A stretch of 64,000 bases of DNA from a bacterium. Lineage in GTDB: Bacteria; Bdellovibrionota_C; UBA2361; RFPC01. The DNA lies in contig RFPC01000005.1 in NCBI GenBank assembly GCA_009926305.1, forward strand, positions 7,649 through 71,648, in the 5' to 3' direction. A program made the translations under genes and the position numbers. The notes beneath the pieces were generated by a model. It did not search any database and was not told the origin of the DNA. It saw only the letters and a program-made list of their open reading frames with translations. Every line of letters begins with the position of its first letter. Position 1 is the first letter of the stretch. Shown here piece by piece: positions 39,383 to 49,268 of this stretch.

Positions 39383-39432
39383 GGCTAAAAAGGCTGTTCT
39401 CTCTTCTCTCAGTTACCCCAACCCTACGTGTT

Positions 39433-39765
39433 CTATTCATCCCAAGAGACCTGAAGCGCTATTCTCCCTATAAGAATTTGATCGCCATCCTGCAGCGGGT
39501 AAACTTTTCCCTCTTCAAGCTGCACTGCTCCATTCAAGATTGTGCCATTCAGACTCCCCATATCGATAATCGAGAGTTCATCACCCGACATCTCAATGGT
39601 GGCATGTTTCCGAGAAACCCGAGCATCCTCATCAATCGCGTCCAAATCTATTTCTGGAAACACTCCGGCAGTCGGATCCCACCGTCCAATGAGATTTTGA
39701 CCCTCTCGAATTGGATACTGCTTCTTTTTGCGCTTGCCATCCCATATCTGTAAATAAACGGACAT
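39433..39765 (-). CDS. Standalone FHA-domain protein
   Basis: FHA core LIGRWDPT...VSRKHATIE...IIDMGSLNGT, 110 aa. Confidence 0.75.
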   Translation of the reverse strand: MSVYLQIWDGKRKKKQYPIREGQNLIGRWDPTAGVFPEIDLDAIDEDARVSRKHATIEMSGDELSIIDMGSLNGTILNGAVQLEEGKVYPLQDGDQILIGRIALQVSWDE

Positions 39766-39990
39766 GCCCCCATTGTCGGACTTTCAGACGAGAGAGGCAA
39801 AGATTTTTCGACTCCAATCAATTCGCAATAGGCATCAACATTTGCAACCCTACGGTAGAGTGCCTTCTTTCTTCTCCCTTTTCTGCTTCCTCTGAGCCGG
39901 GAAAATCATCCTATAAAAAAGGCTATGGGGGCTCATCAGAGGCGAAACAACAGCATCTGAGCGGCTGCCCATTTAAAAGGTGTGTTATCT

Positions 39991-40017
39991 CAATTAGTTA
40001 ATCATATTTGCTAATTG
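39991..40017. promoter_or_regulatory. Perfect 7-bp inverted repeat CAATTAG-N13-CTAATTG in the rng upstream/leader region (candidate operator)
   Basis: Palindrome arms read directly from the sequence, AT-rich core. Function inferred. Confidence 0.25.
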
Positions 40018-40318
40018 TCCTGAAAAAGGGTCTGATATCATACTGGTGTTTCAGGCAAAGACCCCGTGTCTAAGCGTACATGTACGTGCGTAGCTTTGAA
40101 CTGACTTAAGAGCTTCAAACCGACTTACGCCTCAAGCGAAGTGGCAAGCTTCTGGTCAAACCCTACGGCACGGAGAGTGCCTGAAACGAGTTTTCAGTTC
40201 TAAAATTTAGTTAACGATTGGGAGAGGCACCTCATGAGAGGTAGCAACTTCAACCAACAGAAAAGGCAATTCACTTCCCTCACGTTAGGGGCAGGCTATG
40301 CAGCAGCACGGTCGTGGC

Positions 40319-40390
40319 AAGACCACGTTGCGGCACAGTCTGCACAAGACCATGCTGTACAAGACCACGCTGTACAAGACCACACAATCC
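40319..40390. repeat. Tandem 15-bp repeat (caagaccacgctgta) x3-4 in the rng leader, with a nearby 11-bp doublet (aagatggtcag x2 at about 40485-40510)
   Basis: Direct repeats that create the QDHAVQDHAVQDH stretch in a spurious ORF. Confidence 0.85.
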
Positions 40391-40849
40391 GGTCTGTTCA
40401 ATTAACAGATTACAATCCGACCTCAGCTAAGCCCTTTGGCTCAAGTGCCTTACGGGAGCGTAGTGGGACTTCGGACAAGACCGAAAAGATGGTCAGAAAG
40501 ATGGTCAGACAGTGCAAGACGTATCAAACTTCGGAGAATACGAGTCAAGTCCGAAGAAAACGATTACTCGTGCACATCCCTAATCTGAAGGCTATGAGAG
40601 AAACTCCTCGCCCCGTACCACTGGCAGGGTCCACAGTCTCAATGGGCTCAACAGTGGAGAGGAAGATGGTTTCTCTACGCGGTTCAAAAGCAAAATCGTG
40701 CGATGGCTTTGAACGCGCCTATCCACAACAGGCTACGTGCAGACAGAAGCTATCGATGATCGATGAGCTGTATGCAAGCCCCCTGCTGGATAATAGCTCC
40801 TTTGCAAGATGGTTGAAGACTCCTCTTCCGCATGTGTTTGGGAGATTAC

Positions 40850-42337
40850 ATGAGTCGAAAAATGCTTATCAATGCAGTTCACTCCGAAGAGTGCAGGATT
40901 GCTATAGTAGAGGACAAGCAACTTCTAGAGTTAGAAGTTGAATCAACAGTCGGAAAAAAGTTAAAGGGGAACATTTATCGCGCAAAGATTGAGCGGTTAG
41001 AGCCAAGCCTTCAGGCGGCCTTCCTTAATATCGGCACCGAGCGTAATGGCTTCTTACAGATCAACGATATTCACCCTGGATACTTTGAAAAGCGAAGTGG
41101 CAGAAGAAAAGGAAGAGGCCCAAATAAGCGTCCAAATATTCAAGACGTGCTCAGTCCAGGGCAAGAACTTATAGTCCAGGTCGTTAAGGAGGAGCGAGAG
41201 CTCAAAGGGGCAACTCTTACCACGTATCTCTCACTTCCTGGTCGATATGTAGTGCTCATGCCTGGCAGCGACCGAGGCGGAGTATCTCGAAAAATTAGCG
41301 ACTCGCGGCAGCGCTCGCGCCTTTCCTCATTGGCCTCTGAGCTCGAAATACCAGATGGCATGGGGCTCATCGTGAGAACCGCTGGCTTGGACCGCTCACA
41401 AGCGGATCTCTCGCGGGACCTATCCCTTCAGCTCACTCTTTGGGAGAAAATACTTGAAAAAGCTCAAGATGCTTCATCTCCATCCGTACTGTACAGTGAA
41501 GATGATCTGGCCACGAGAGTGATTCGTGACTACTTTACACCAGAAGTACGAGAGATCGTCACCGACACAAAAGACACCTACCAACGCGTAAAAGAGTTCG
41601 TGAATCAGGTCATGCCTCGGTATCGTTCACGAATAAAACTCTACGAGGATGAACAACCACTTTTTTCATTCCATGGGATTGATGAACAGGTTTCAGATAC
41701 TTTCAAAAGCGAAGTGCGATTGCCTTCAGGCGGTGCGATTGTCATCGATACACTGGAGGCGCTAGTTGCGATTGATGTGAACTCTGGGAAAGCGACCGCA
41801 GGCGGAGGAATCGAGGAGACAGCGTATCGCACCAATCTTGAAGCGGCGGACGCAGTTGCTCGTCAACTACGACTGAGAGACTTGGGCGGGCTGATTGTAA
41901 TCGATTTCATCGACATGCTTGACCGTAAGCATCGCTCCGAAGTGGAGCGGCGAATGGCAGATGCCGTGAAATCCGACAAGGCTCGGATTGAGGTTGGAAA
42001 GCTCTCTAAATTCGGGCTCTTAGAGATGTCCCGTCAACGGCTTCGAGCATCACTCTCAAGTCAGAGCCACATGAAATGCCAACACTGTGATGGGAACGGA
42101 AAGGTGAAGAACCCAGAGCTTGTTGCGTTAGAAGTTCTTCGAAAAATTCAGAGTGCCGTCATTGTCGGACAGGTCGGCATGGTAAAAGCCCGACTTGCTC
42201 CAACTGCAGCACTCTTTCTGCTCAACAACAAGAAGTTTGAACTCTCCCAACTCGAGAAAGAACACAGCGTCAATATTTTCATTCTGGCTGACGGTCGCCT
42301 AAGAGCAGATGAGTACCAGTTTGAGATGGAGAAGTAA
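40850..42337 (+). CDS. rng: Ribonuclease G/E-family endoribonuclease (catalytic domain only, RNase G-like)
   Basis: N-terminal S1 domain (MLINAVHSEECRIAIVEDKQLLEL) and DNase-I-like/Zn-link regions, about 495 aa. GGAG RBS 5 nt before ATG 40850. Confidence 0.85.
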   Translation: MSRKMLINAVHSEECRIAIVEDKQLLELEVESTVGKKLKGNIYRAKIERLEPSLQAAFLNIGTERNGFLQINDIHPGYFEKRSGRRKGRGPNKRPNIQDVLSPGQELIVQVVKEERELKGATLTTYLSLPGRYVVLMPGSDRGGVSRKISDSRQRSRLSSLASELEIPDGMGLIVRTAGLDRSQADLSRDLSLQLTLWEKILEKAQDASSPSVLYSEDDLATRVIRDYFTPEVREIVTDTKDTYQRVKEFVNQVMPRYRSRIKLYEDEQPLFSFHGIDEQVSDTFKSEVRLPSGGAIVIDTLEALVAIDVNSGKATAGGGIEETAYRTNLEAADAVARQLRLRDLGGLIVIDFIDMLDRKHRSEVERRMADAVKSDKARIEVGKLSKFGLLEMSRQRLRASLSSQSHMKCQHCDGNGKVKNPELVALEVLRKIQSAVIVGQVGMVKARLAPTAALFLLNNKKFELSQLEKEHSVNIFILADGRLRADEYQFEMEK

Positions 42338-42725
42338 CGGCCCACCGCCTTGTCGAGACACGTGAACGAAATAGGAAAGAGGGTTCTCTTGAGCTCTCAT
42401 CCTTTTCGATCGGAATGGGGGCGCGTCAACTCCTGAGTGCTGCACAGCTCCTGCTCAGCACCAAGACCCGACACCTCTTGGTGGCTCACCCATGTGAGAA
42501 TTATAATGAACGACTCTGGTGCAGCTGAGCCTGCCGGCCATGAACCGATTCGTGGAACGAGCTATCCAGCAGCTCGTTACGCCTCTCAAAAACTCCCTCA
42601 AAAAACGGTGTCAAGTCTCAGAAAATACGTTGCCGAGCGCACCGGGCTTTGTTAGCTTTAAGTAGCTTAAATAACGCGAGAACCTTCTCACTGTACGGAC
42701 AAACAATTTTCTAGTAAGGCAACCT

Positions 42726-44540
42726 GTGTCGGCCACCGCCAAAAAGCTCGTTCAAAGCCACCACTCATTCCAACAAGCACCCCTTCCATTTGCCTCAACT
42801 CATATCGAGAATGAGTTGGATAACACTCAAGAATTGGCAGGTTCTCATGAGAGCCTTTCTCTTGTTTCACCGTCAGAAACTAACCTGCGGCAAGACTCCA
42901 AGCCGACACTGAGCACTGAACAGGAGGCGCTTGCTTCTGTCAGCAATCCACAAAACGTGGATTCGGAATTTGTTACTCCTCTACAACATCAAGGCTGCAA
43001 CTTCGAAGAACTGAGATCTGATCTTTCTCAAACGCTAAAGCTTGCGGCAAACGCCCTTGAAACTCACTCGGTATTCCTGCTCCTACCGAGCAACGTTTTT
43101 GAACGGATCGTACAGGGAAGCGAAAGCGATCTTTTTCGTAATGGGAAACAGGAGTCTGAATACGGCCACGAAGGACTCTTCCCTCTTGCAAGTCAGACAC
43201 TATCGCCAACAGCTCTTCCAAAAAAGCAGAAGGTCATTACAGCGGGTCCAGCGCTTTGGGTCGCAAAGACTGGAAAGCCTCTTCATATCTCTCCCTTTGA
43301 GATGGATGCTACTGGCCTTGGCATTTATGGAACTCATATTCCACTCAAAAGTTTTGCCGCTGTCCCCTTCGGGAATAATGGAAAGGCATTGCATCAAAAT
43401 CCCCAAAACTCGGTAAAATATGGAGTTCTTGCGGTCGATAGCATGAAGGCTTACAAGTTTACGCCCCTTCAAATGAAACTTCTCCAACAGATCGGAACTC
43501 AAGTTGAGAGGCTAATCGCTCTTCACTTCGAACGAGATGCACTTCTTCGAAGAAGTGACCCTGAGAGCAGTCAGCCTCATAGTAGTGAGCCTCATAGTAG
43601 TGGTCACACCTTGCCGAGCTCCGAGAAGGTTGCCAGCGAGTTTTCGCACTCAGCGCTCATGGAGCTAACATCAAATCAATTTGAAGACACCCTGAGAACA
43701 CTCCTCTCCGATCAGAAAGAAAGGACTCTCTCTGTCACCTCGATCCGTTTCTCTCTCGATATGTGGCGGCCTTCTCAGGAGGTCGCATCGGATTCCCCAA
43801 ACAACCCGACCCAGCCGAAAGAAGACCAAGCAAAAGACGATACGTCGTCTGGTGGAAGCTTGCTTTCTCGTCGCATATCAGCGGAACACCTGCTCGCCAT
43901 CTCCGTGCACTTACAACATGCATGGCATGAAGCGAGTGTCGCTTTTTTCAAATCACTTCAATCTGAAAAACTTGAGGGCGAGACAACGGGTGAGCACCAA
44001 AGCGCGGCCTCGCTCATCTTCACCCAAGAAATCGTACTGGTATGCGATCACTTGCGCAGCGCCATGCTCACGAAGAAAATGCGCGCCCTGTTTCTCTTCT
44101 TTCTCCGTAAAAGGCTCCAATACGTAACAACGGATCCTCGAGAGGAAGCATTCGAAGTCCTCGTCAATGAAATCATCAAATCTTCAAGTGACACCCTGAC
44201 AAATCTGAACAATGGAAGCGGGTGTCTGAGGGATTGGCTCGCAGATGCCTTATCAAAGAGTACTGGCTTTTCCTCAAACACCAGTGGTGGCTCTTCGCTA
44301 CCGAAGAGACCCCCCTCAGCTCTCTATAGATGGCTCCGAGGAGAAGGAAGAGGCAACGCTACGCGGCGTCACCAGAAACCATTCAATTCTCAGACCTCCG
44401 AGCAGCAAACGGGGACTCAAGGATTCGCTCGCTCAACTCTTCATATTGAGGCAAATAGTGCGGGAAGAAAAGGCATGCTGGAAACACTTCGAGGAAGGTC
44501 CATAAAGCAGGTAAAGAATTTCAATCATCAGTCATCATAG
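42726..44540 (+). CDS. Hypothetical protein with central GAF-like domain, Ser/Pro-rich linkers
   Basis: 604-aa ORF with GTG start. The GAF-like region lies at about residues 110-270. No catalytic motif. Confidence 0.5.
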   Translation: MSATAKKLVQSHHSFQQAPLPFASTHIENELDNTQELAGSHESLSLVSPSETNLRQDSKPTLSTEQEALASVSNPQNVDSEFVTPLQHQGCNFEELRSDLSQTLKLAANALETHSVFLLLPSNVFERIVQGSESDLFRNGKQESEYGHEGLFPLASQTLSPTALPKKQKVITAGPALWVAKTGKPLHISPFEMDATGLGIYGTHIPLKSFAAVPFGNNGKALHQNPQNSVKYGVLAVDSMKAYKFTPLQMKLLQQIGTQVERLIALHFERDALLRRSDPESSQPHSSEPHSSGHTLPSSEKVASEFSHSALMELTSNQFEDTLRTLLSDQKERTLSVTSIRFSLDMWRPSQEVASDSPNNPTQPKEDQAKDDTSSGGSLLSRRISAEHLLAISVHLQHAWHEASVAFFKSLQSEKLEGETTGEHQSAASLIFTQEIVLVCDHLRSAMLTKKMRALFLFFLRKRLQYVTTDPREEAFEVLVNEIIKSSSDTLTNLNNGSGCLRDWLADALSKSTGFSSNTSGGSSLPKRPPSALYRWLRGEGRGNATRRHQKPFNSQTSEQQTGTQGFARSTLHIEANSAGRKGMLETLRGRSIKQVKNFNHQSS

Positions 44541-44551
44541 CGAGAAATAAT

Positions 44552-45631
44552 ATGGTATCAGCATCACTCCCCGCTCCCTTCATAAAAAAAGAAAATAAAG
44601 GGCACAGCGTTTTCGGCAAATGGAGCGAATACCTCTCCTCAGATATTGCGATGGACCTGGGAACAGCCAATACGTTAGTCCACGTACGCGGCAAGGGCGT
44701 CGTGCTCAATGAGCCATCCCTCGTCGCATTCGAATCAGAGAGTGGAGCTGCGGTAGCTTTCGGCAAAGAAGCAAAAGAGATGTTTGGAAAAACGAATGCA
44801 CATATCTCAACACTTCGGCCGCTCAAGAGCGGAGTCATCTCCGACTTCACCTATGCCTCTGAGATGATCCGTTCATTTTTGAAAAAATCGATGTCAGGAT
44901 TCCGCCTCCTGAAACCAAGGCTCATTATCGGAGTCCCCTCAGGTATCACTCAAGTTGAGAAGCGCGCCGTGATCGATGCTGCCCATTGTGCAGGGGTGCG
45001 CCACGTGCGCCTTATCGAAGAACCAATGGCGGCAGCCCTAGGAGCGGGACTTCCGGTAAACGAACCGGTAGGAAGTATGATCATTGATATCGGTGGTGGG
45101 ACAACCGAGGTTGCAATTCTCTGTCTCGGTGGAACAAACTATTCGCGCTCTATTCGAGTTGCTGGAGATGAGATGGATGAGGCCATCCAAAGATATCTAA
45201 GACGGCATTTTTCGTTAGAAATCGGCGTATATGAGGCTGAGCGCTTGAAGAAAGAAATTGGTTCAGCGATCCCCCTCCGTAAAATCGAACTTTCGAGAAC
45301 CTTCGGGCGAAACATAAGAACTGGCCTACCACAACAAGCAAACGTGTCCGACGAAGTCATTCGTGATGCGCTTTCTGAACCAATATTTGCTATCGTTGAT
45401 TCAGTAAACACGGCACTTGAACAAGCAAACCCTGAGATTGCTCAAGACATCATGGCTCATGGTATTTATTTAGCCGGAGGTGGTGCACTGACCCGAGGTC
45501 TCACTCAAAGAATCCAAGAAGAGATTGGTATTCAGGTGCATCGGGTTGATGACCCTCTTGGCTGCGTAGTCCGTGGTGTCGGAAAGGTCCTAGATGAACT
45601 GCCAAACCTCTCGCGGCTCTGCATCTCGTAA
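44552..45631 (+). CDS. mreB: Rod-shape-determining actin homologue MreB
   Basis: DLGTANTLV phosphate-1 motif and an actin-fold pattern. The N-terminal start may lie somewhat downstream of 44552. Confidence 0.9.
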   Translation: MVSASLPAPFIKKENKGHSVFGKWSEYLSSDIAMDLGTANTLVHVRGKGVVLNEPSLVAFESESGAAVAFGKEAKEMFGKTNAHISTLRPLKSGVISDFTYASEMIRSFLKKSMSGFRLLKPRLIIGVPSGITQVEKRAVIDAAHCAGVRHVRLIEEPMAAALGAGLPVNEPVGSMIIDIGGGTTEVAILCLGGTNYSRSIRVAGDEMDEAIQRYLRRHFSLEIGVYEAERLKKEIGSAIPLRKIELSRTFGRNIRTGLPQQANVSDEVIRDALSEPIFAIVDSVNTALEQANPEIAQDIMAHGIYLAGGGALTRGLTQRIQEEIGIQVHRVDDPLGCVVRGVGKVLDELPNLSRLCIS

Positions 45632-45635
45632 CTCA

Positions 45636-47120
45636 TCACTCGCCACTAACGATGAAAGACCGTCTGAACAAGACGCCCCTCCAAAACATCAAAAAGATCC
45701 CCAAGAGTGCCAAAACCCATAGCACTACAAAACCCACGCCCTGCTCAATATGTGGGGTGACAAAGACGAGAGTCCGATGAAACTCAGATAAGAGTCCATC
45801 AACAATCCACCCTCCCAGACCACCAAGCCCATCAAAGCCATAAGAGATGAATAGCGAAACCAGGCCCCCATAAAAGCCAATAAATACGATGAATGGAGCC
45901 AAGAGAATATTCCCGAACGGGCTCAGCCAACTCCCCCCTCCTATCGTACAACACAAGACCAGGGAAGTACTGAGCGTCGGCAAGAGCGTGGTGGTAAGAG
46001 CCGCCTGATACCACGGAAGCTCAAATCGCTTTCGTATGGAGCTGGCAAAAACAAGCGAAAAAAGCGCTGCAAAAGTAAGCTGAAAACCCACCTCTTCCCA
46101 AACCCCCGGCCAGAGCGACACAATACTCACGAAAGCGAGTAATATTTTCACCACCCCTCTGACATTCAATCCGCATAGCGGGAAAAGAAGATAGAACGTA
46201 ACAGCGATGGCGGCTCTTGTTGCACTGACTGGAAACTCAAGTTGCGCCACATACCACCAGACACTACCTCCGCCGCACACGTCTGGAAGATATCGTGCCA
46301 ACGAATATCTTCCAGGCAGAAAAAATGCGAGCCACAGAAAGAGCGAGACTGTGCCTCGAATGAAAAAAAAGAGGGCTCCCACATGCAGACCAGAAACCAC
46401 CAACAGATGCGAGATTCCCCATGTTTGAAATAGCTTTCGATCTGCTCGCGAAAAACCACTTACATCACCAAGCAACATTGCCTGCAAATACGCTCGACCC
46501 CGAGACGTTTCCATCACGTGATGAATTTGTTTCTGGAGCAACATACGGCTATCAGCTCGAGAAGCCGTATCACGCATTGATAGGTCCTTAGATAAGAAAT
46601 AGATTCGACAATTGCCATCAATGCCACGTCTTAACGAGTACCTCGCCCATCGACCTCGGGCTGGGGGATGAGGACTAACCCTGGCATATACAACATACTG
46701 ACCTCCACGCTCTATAAAGACGGCGTTTCGCCAGGGAAGGTCACGCACCGAGCATTTGAGACGCATTGCTTGGGATCCACCTCCCGATACTGGCCTGAGA
46801 TATGAAAGAAACGTAACCTCTCCTGGTCGTCTTCCCGCATGAGGTGTTGAAGTAACATGAGCTTTAAACCAGGACGTCTCACTATGCACATCAACCCGAC
46901 CGCCTTCTCTGAGCTTTCCTTGGATACTCCCGACACAGATAGCGAGAATAGCAATACAAACTCCCGCTCTACGCCTTGCGAAGACCAATACACCCCCAAG
47001 CAGGGAAAATAGAGGGAATATCTCTACGTGTTGAGCGAGGCTCTGTCCAAAGACCAGTAGCGAGGTATAGGTAACGAGTTGCAACATTGGCTCAAAGAGA
47101 TGGGGCTGAAAAGCTTTCAA
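45636..47120 (-). CDS. comEC: ComEC/Rec2-family DNA-uptake channel protein (no metallo-beta-lactamase domain)
   Basis: Competence-domain motif GISHLLVVSGLHVG in a polytopic 494-aa protein. Confidence 0.78.
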   Translation of the reverse strand: MKAFQPHLFEPMLQLVTYTSLLVFGQSLAQHVEIFPLFSLLGGVLVFARRRAGVCIAILAICVGSIQGKLREGGRVDVHSETSWFKAHVTSTPHAGRRPGEVTFLSYLRPVSGGGSQAMRLKCSVRDLPWRNAVFIERGGQYVVYARVSPHPPARGRWARYSLRRGIDGNCRIYFLSKDLSMRDTASRADSRMLLQKQIHHVMETSRGRAYLQAMLLGDVSGFSRADRKLFQTWGISHLLVVSGLHVGALFFFIRGTVSLFLWLAFFLPGRYSLARYLPDVCGGGSVWWYVAQLEFPVSATRAAIAVTFYLLFPLCGLNVRGVVKILLAFVSIVSLWPGVWEEVGFQLTFAALFSLVFASSIRKRFELPWYQAALTTTLLPTLSTSLVLCCTIGGGSWLSPFGNILLAPFIVFIGFYGGLVSLFISYGFDGLGGLGGWIVDGLLSEFHRTLVFVTPHIEQGVGFVVLWVLALLGIFLMFWRGVLFRRSFIVSGE

Positions 47121-47211
47121 GGACGAGCGTTATATCGTCCGTATATCATTCGAATCTCTGCCATAGAATGTTGCTCGAGTAGATGGCAGAGCTCACATAT
47201 CTCAGAACACC

Positions 47212-48384
47212 TCAGGTATACTGACCAGCACAAAAGCCAGAGGCCCACGCCCACTGGAAGTTATATCCTCCCAGCCATCCAGTGACGTCTAATACTTCTC
47301 CGATGAAAAATAATCCCTCAACATTCACTGCTTGAAAGGTCTTTGAAGAAATATCACGAGTATCAACTCCACCGACGGTAACTTCAGCCATGCGATATCC
47401 TTCAGTTCCACCCGGTATAAATTTCCACATGAAACACGCCTGCCGCAAATACTCTCGCTCGCTCAACTGGAGCGAAGAGAAAGGACGCATTTGAAATCTC
47501 GTATCAAGAAACTTCTTCAAGAACCGTTTGGGGAGCGCTTCTTGTAAAATGGTCCCGACCTCTTTCTGGGATCCCTCATACTTTTTAAACAACGCATCCA
47601 AAACCTCAGTCCGCAAAAGCTCAACCTCAATAGCTATTCCATCCTTCCAGAACGAGGAGACCTGCAGCATCGCTGGCCCACTGACGCCTTTATGGGTAAA
47701 GAGCATATTCTCTCGAAATTGAGCTGATTGAACCGAGGCCTCTACCGCGAGAGATACGCCTGCTAACTCCTCATATTCTGAACGGATACTCTCTGGAAAT
47801 GTAAAGGGAACAAGACCAGGCTTGAGCTCAGTCCGCCGAACCCCAAACTGGTCTGCCAGACAATGACCAAAGTCTGTCGCTCCCATCTTCGGTATGGATA
47901 AACCGCCTGTTGCGACAACCAGTGTCTGAGTTGTGAAATCGCCCTTAGAAGTGGAGAGATAAAATATCTCGTCCTTTCTTACTTCCATGACGGAACATCC
48001 CGTAATGATTGTTACACCATGCTCGGCACACTCTGTCGACAACATCCCTACCACTTGACGGGACGAGCCATCACAAAAGAGCTGTCCAAGTTTCTTCTCA
48101 TGATATGCGATGTTATGTTTCTCGATCAGCGCAATAAAATCATGCGGCGAATATCGAGAGAGCGCCGATTTACAGAAATGCGGGTTTTCAGAGAGGTAAT
48201 TATCGGGCGAAGCATGAATATTGGTAAAATTACAACGACCACCGCCAGAGATGAGAATTTTTTTCCCGATTTTTTCGCAATGCTCAATGAGAAGCGTCTT
48301 CCTCCCTCGCCGTCCAGACTCGATGGCACACATCAGACCTGCAGCCCCAGCCCCTATGATAATAACATCCCACGCCTGTTTCAC
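47212..48384 (-). CDS. HI0933/YhiN-family FAD-dependent flavoprotein
   Basis: DVIIIGAGAAGLMCA Rossmann motif plus GGGRCNFTN, characteristic of the HI0933-like family. Confidence 0.85.
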   Translation of the reverse strand: MKQAWDVIIIGAGAAGLMCAIESGRRGRKTLLIEHCEKIGKKILISGGGRCNFTNIHASPDNYLSENPHFCKSALSRYSPHDFIALIEKHNIAYHEKKLGQLFCDGSSRQVVGMLSTECAEHGVTIITGCSVMEVRKDEIFYLSTSKGDFTTQTLVVATGGLSIPKMGATDFGHCLADQFGVRRTELKPGLVPFTFPESIRSEYEELAGVSLAVEASVQSAQFRENMLFTHKGVSGPAMLQVSSFWKDGIAIEVELLRTEVLDALFKKYEGSQKEVGTILQEALPKRFLKKFLDTRFQMRPFSSLQLSEREYLRQACFMWKFIPGGTEGYRMAEVTVGGVDTRDISSKTFQAVNVEGLFFIGEVLDVTGWLGGYNFQWAWASGFCAGQYT

Positions 48385-48478
48385 GTCCTTACTATAATAA
48401 GTTCAACTGATTTCTGCCATGGGATACGGAGGGAAGTTGACATAGCATGACCCTACGCCAATATACTCTCGTATCAAG

Positions 48479-49261
48479 ATGCACTTTTCAGAGAGGCTTT
48501 CGAGACAGAACATGACCTTGGGATTGAGGATGAACGTGGCTACCGAACGACTCGGGATGAGATGTCTGATAACCACATGTCTGCTCGTGATGACAATAGG
48601 GAACTTCGGATGCTCCACCAGACCCATATCGACCAGACAGTTACCAGCAGAACATGAACACCTGAACTCACTCCTCTCTTATGAGAAAATATTAGTATCT
48701 TTACAACAGGTCTGCCCACCAAATGCTGATTCTCCTTGGACAGATCTTCTCAACCGAATCAAGCTCAGATTAGCTTCTGCCGAACAACACGCACACCACT
48801 TAAAAAATACTTCCATTCATATTCTTGATTGCCGAAAAGCTTTATCATTTGTAGCACCACCAGATACTGTTTTGATCTCGACGGGGATGCTCTCAGTACT
48901 CCCCTCTGAATCTGCACTTGCCTTCCTTGTTGCTCATGAGCTTGCGCATATAGCACTGAACCACGTATCCATAGGAGATGCTGCGCACTTAGAATTCCAG
49001 CGAGGCCAAGAACGTGCGGCAGATATGTTTGCCCTACATCTTCTCATGGCAGCCCATTACAATCCGAAAGCAGCTTTGGCGGTATTCTCAGACAAAAAAC
49101 TTTTTGCCTCTATCGAATGGCACCTTAGCCCAACCCATCCAGAAGTACAGGAGCGAAAAGAGATCCTGGAGGAAACGCTTCTAAAAAGTGGTGTAGCGCC
49201 ATCGGGAACGATTTCAAGTCGTGACTTCCTAAGACTCAAATCCTTGAGGAAATATTACTAA
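48479..49261 (+). CDS. M48-family zinc metallopeptidase, probable lipoprotein
   Basis: HELAHIALNH zinc-binding motif and a lipobox-like IGNFGC. The true start may be the internal ATG (MRCLITTCLL...). Confidence 0.72.
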   Translation: MHFSERLSRQNMTLGLRMNVATERLGMRCLITTCLLVMTIGNFGCSTRPISTRQLPAEHEHLNSLLSYEKILVSLQQVCPPNADSPWTDLLNRIKLRLASAEQHAHHLKNTSIHILDCRKALSFVAPPDTVLISTGMLSVLPSESALAFLVAHELAHIALNHVSIGDAAHLEFQRGQERAADMFALHLLMAAHYNPKAALAVFSDKKLFASIEWHLSPTHPEVQERKEILEETLLKSGVAPSGTISSRDFLRLKSLRKYY

Positions 49262-49268
49262 GCCGTCA

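Noticed and set aside
39766-40849. Known housekeeping RNAs (RNase P RNA, tmRNA, SRP RNA) in the long non-coding stretch
   Set aside because: None of the conserved sequence blocks I know for these RNAs (e.g. GGAAAGTCCGGGCTCC for RNase P, the GGGGCTGATTCTGGATTCGACG 5' end of tmRNA, AGGTCAGGTCCGGAAGGAAGCAGC for SRP) are present. Only a generic structured-leader hypothesis is kept.
40234-40941. 235-aa ORF upstream of and overlapping rng
   Set aside because: Contains the repeat-encoded QDHAVQDHAVQDH stretch, overlaps the rng start and has no domain signal. Treated as part of the rng leader.
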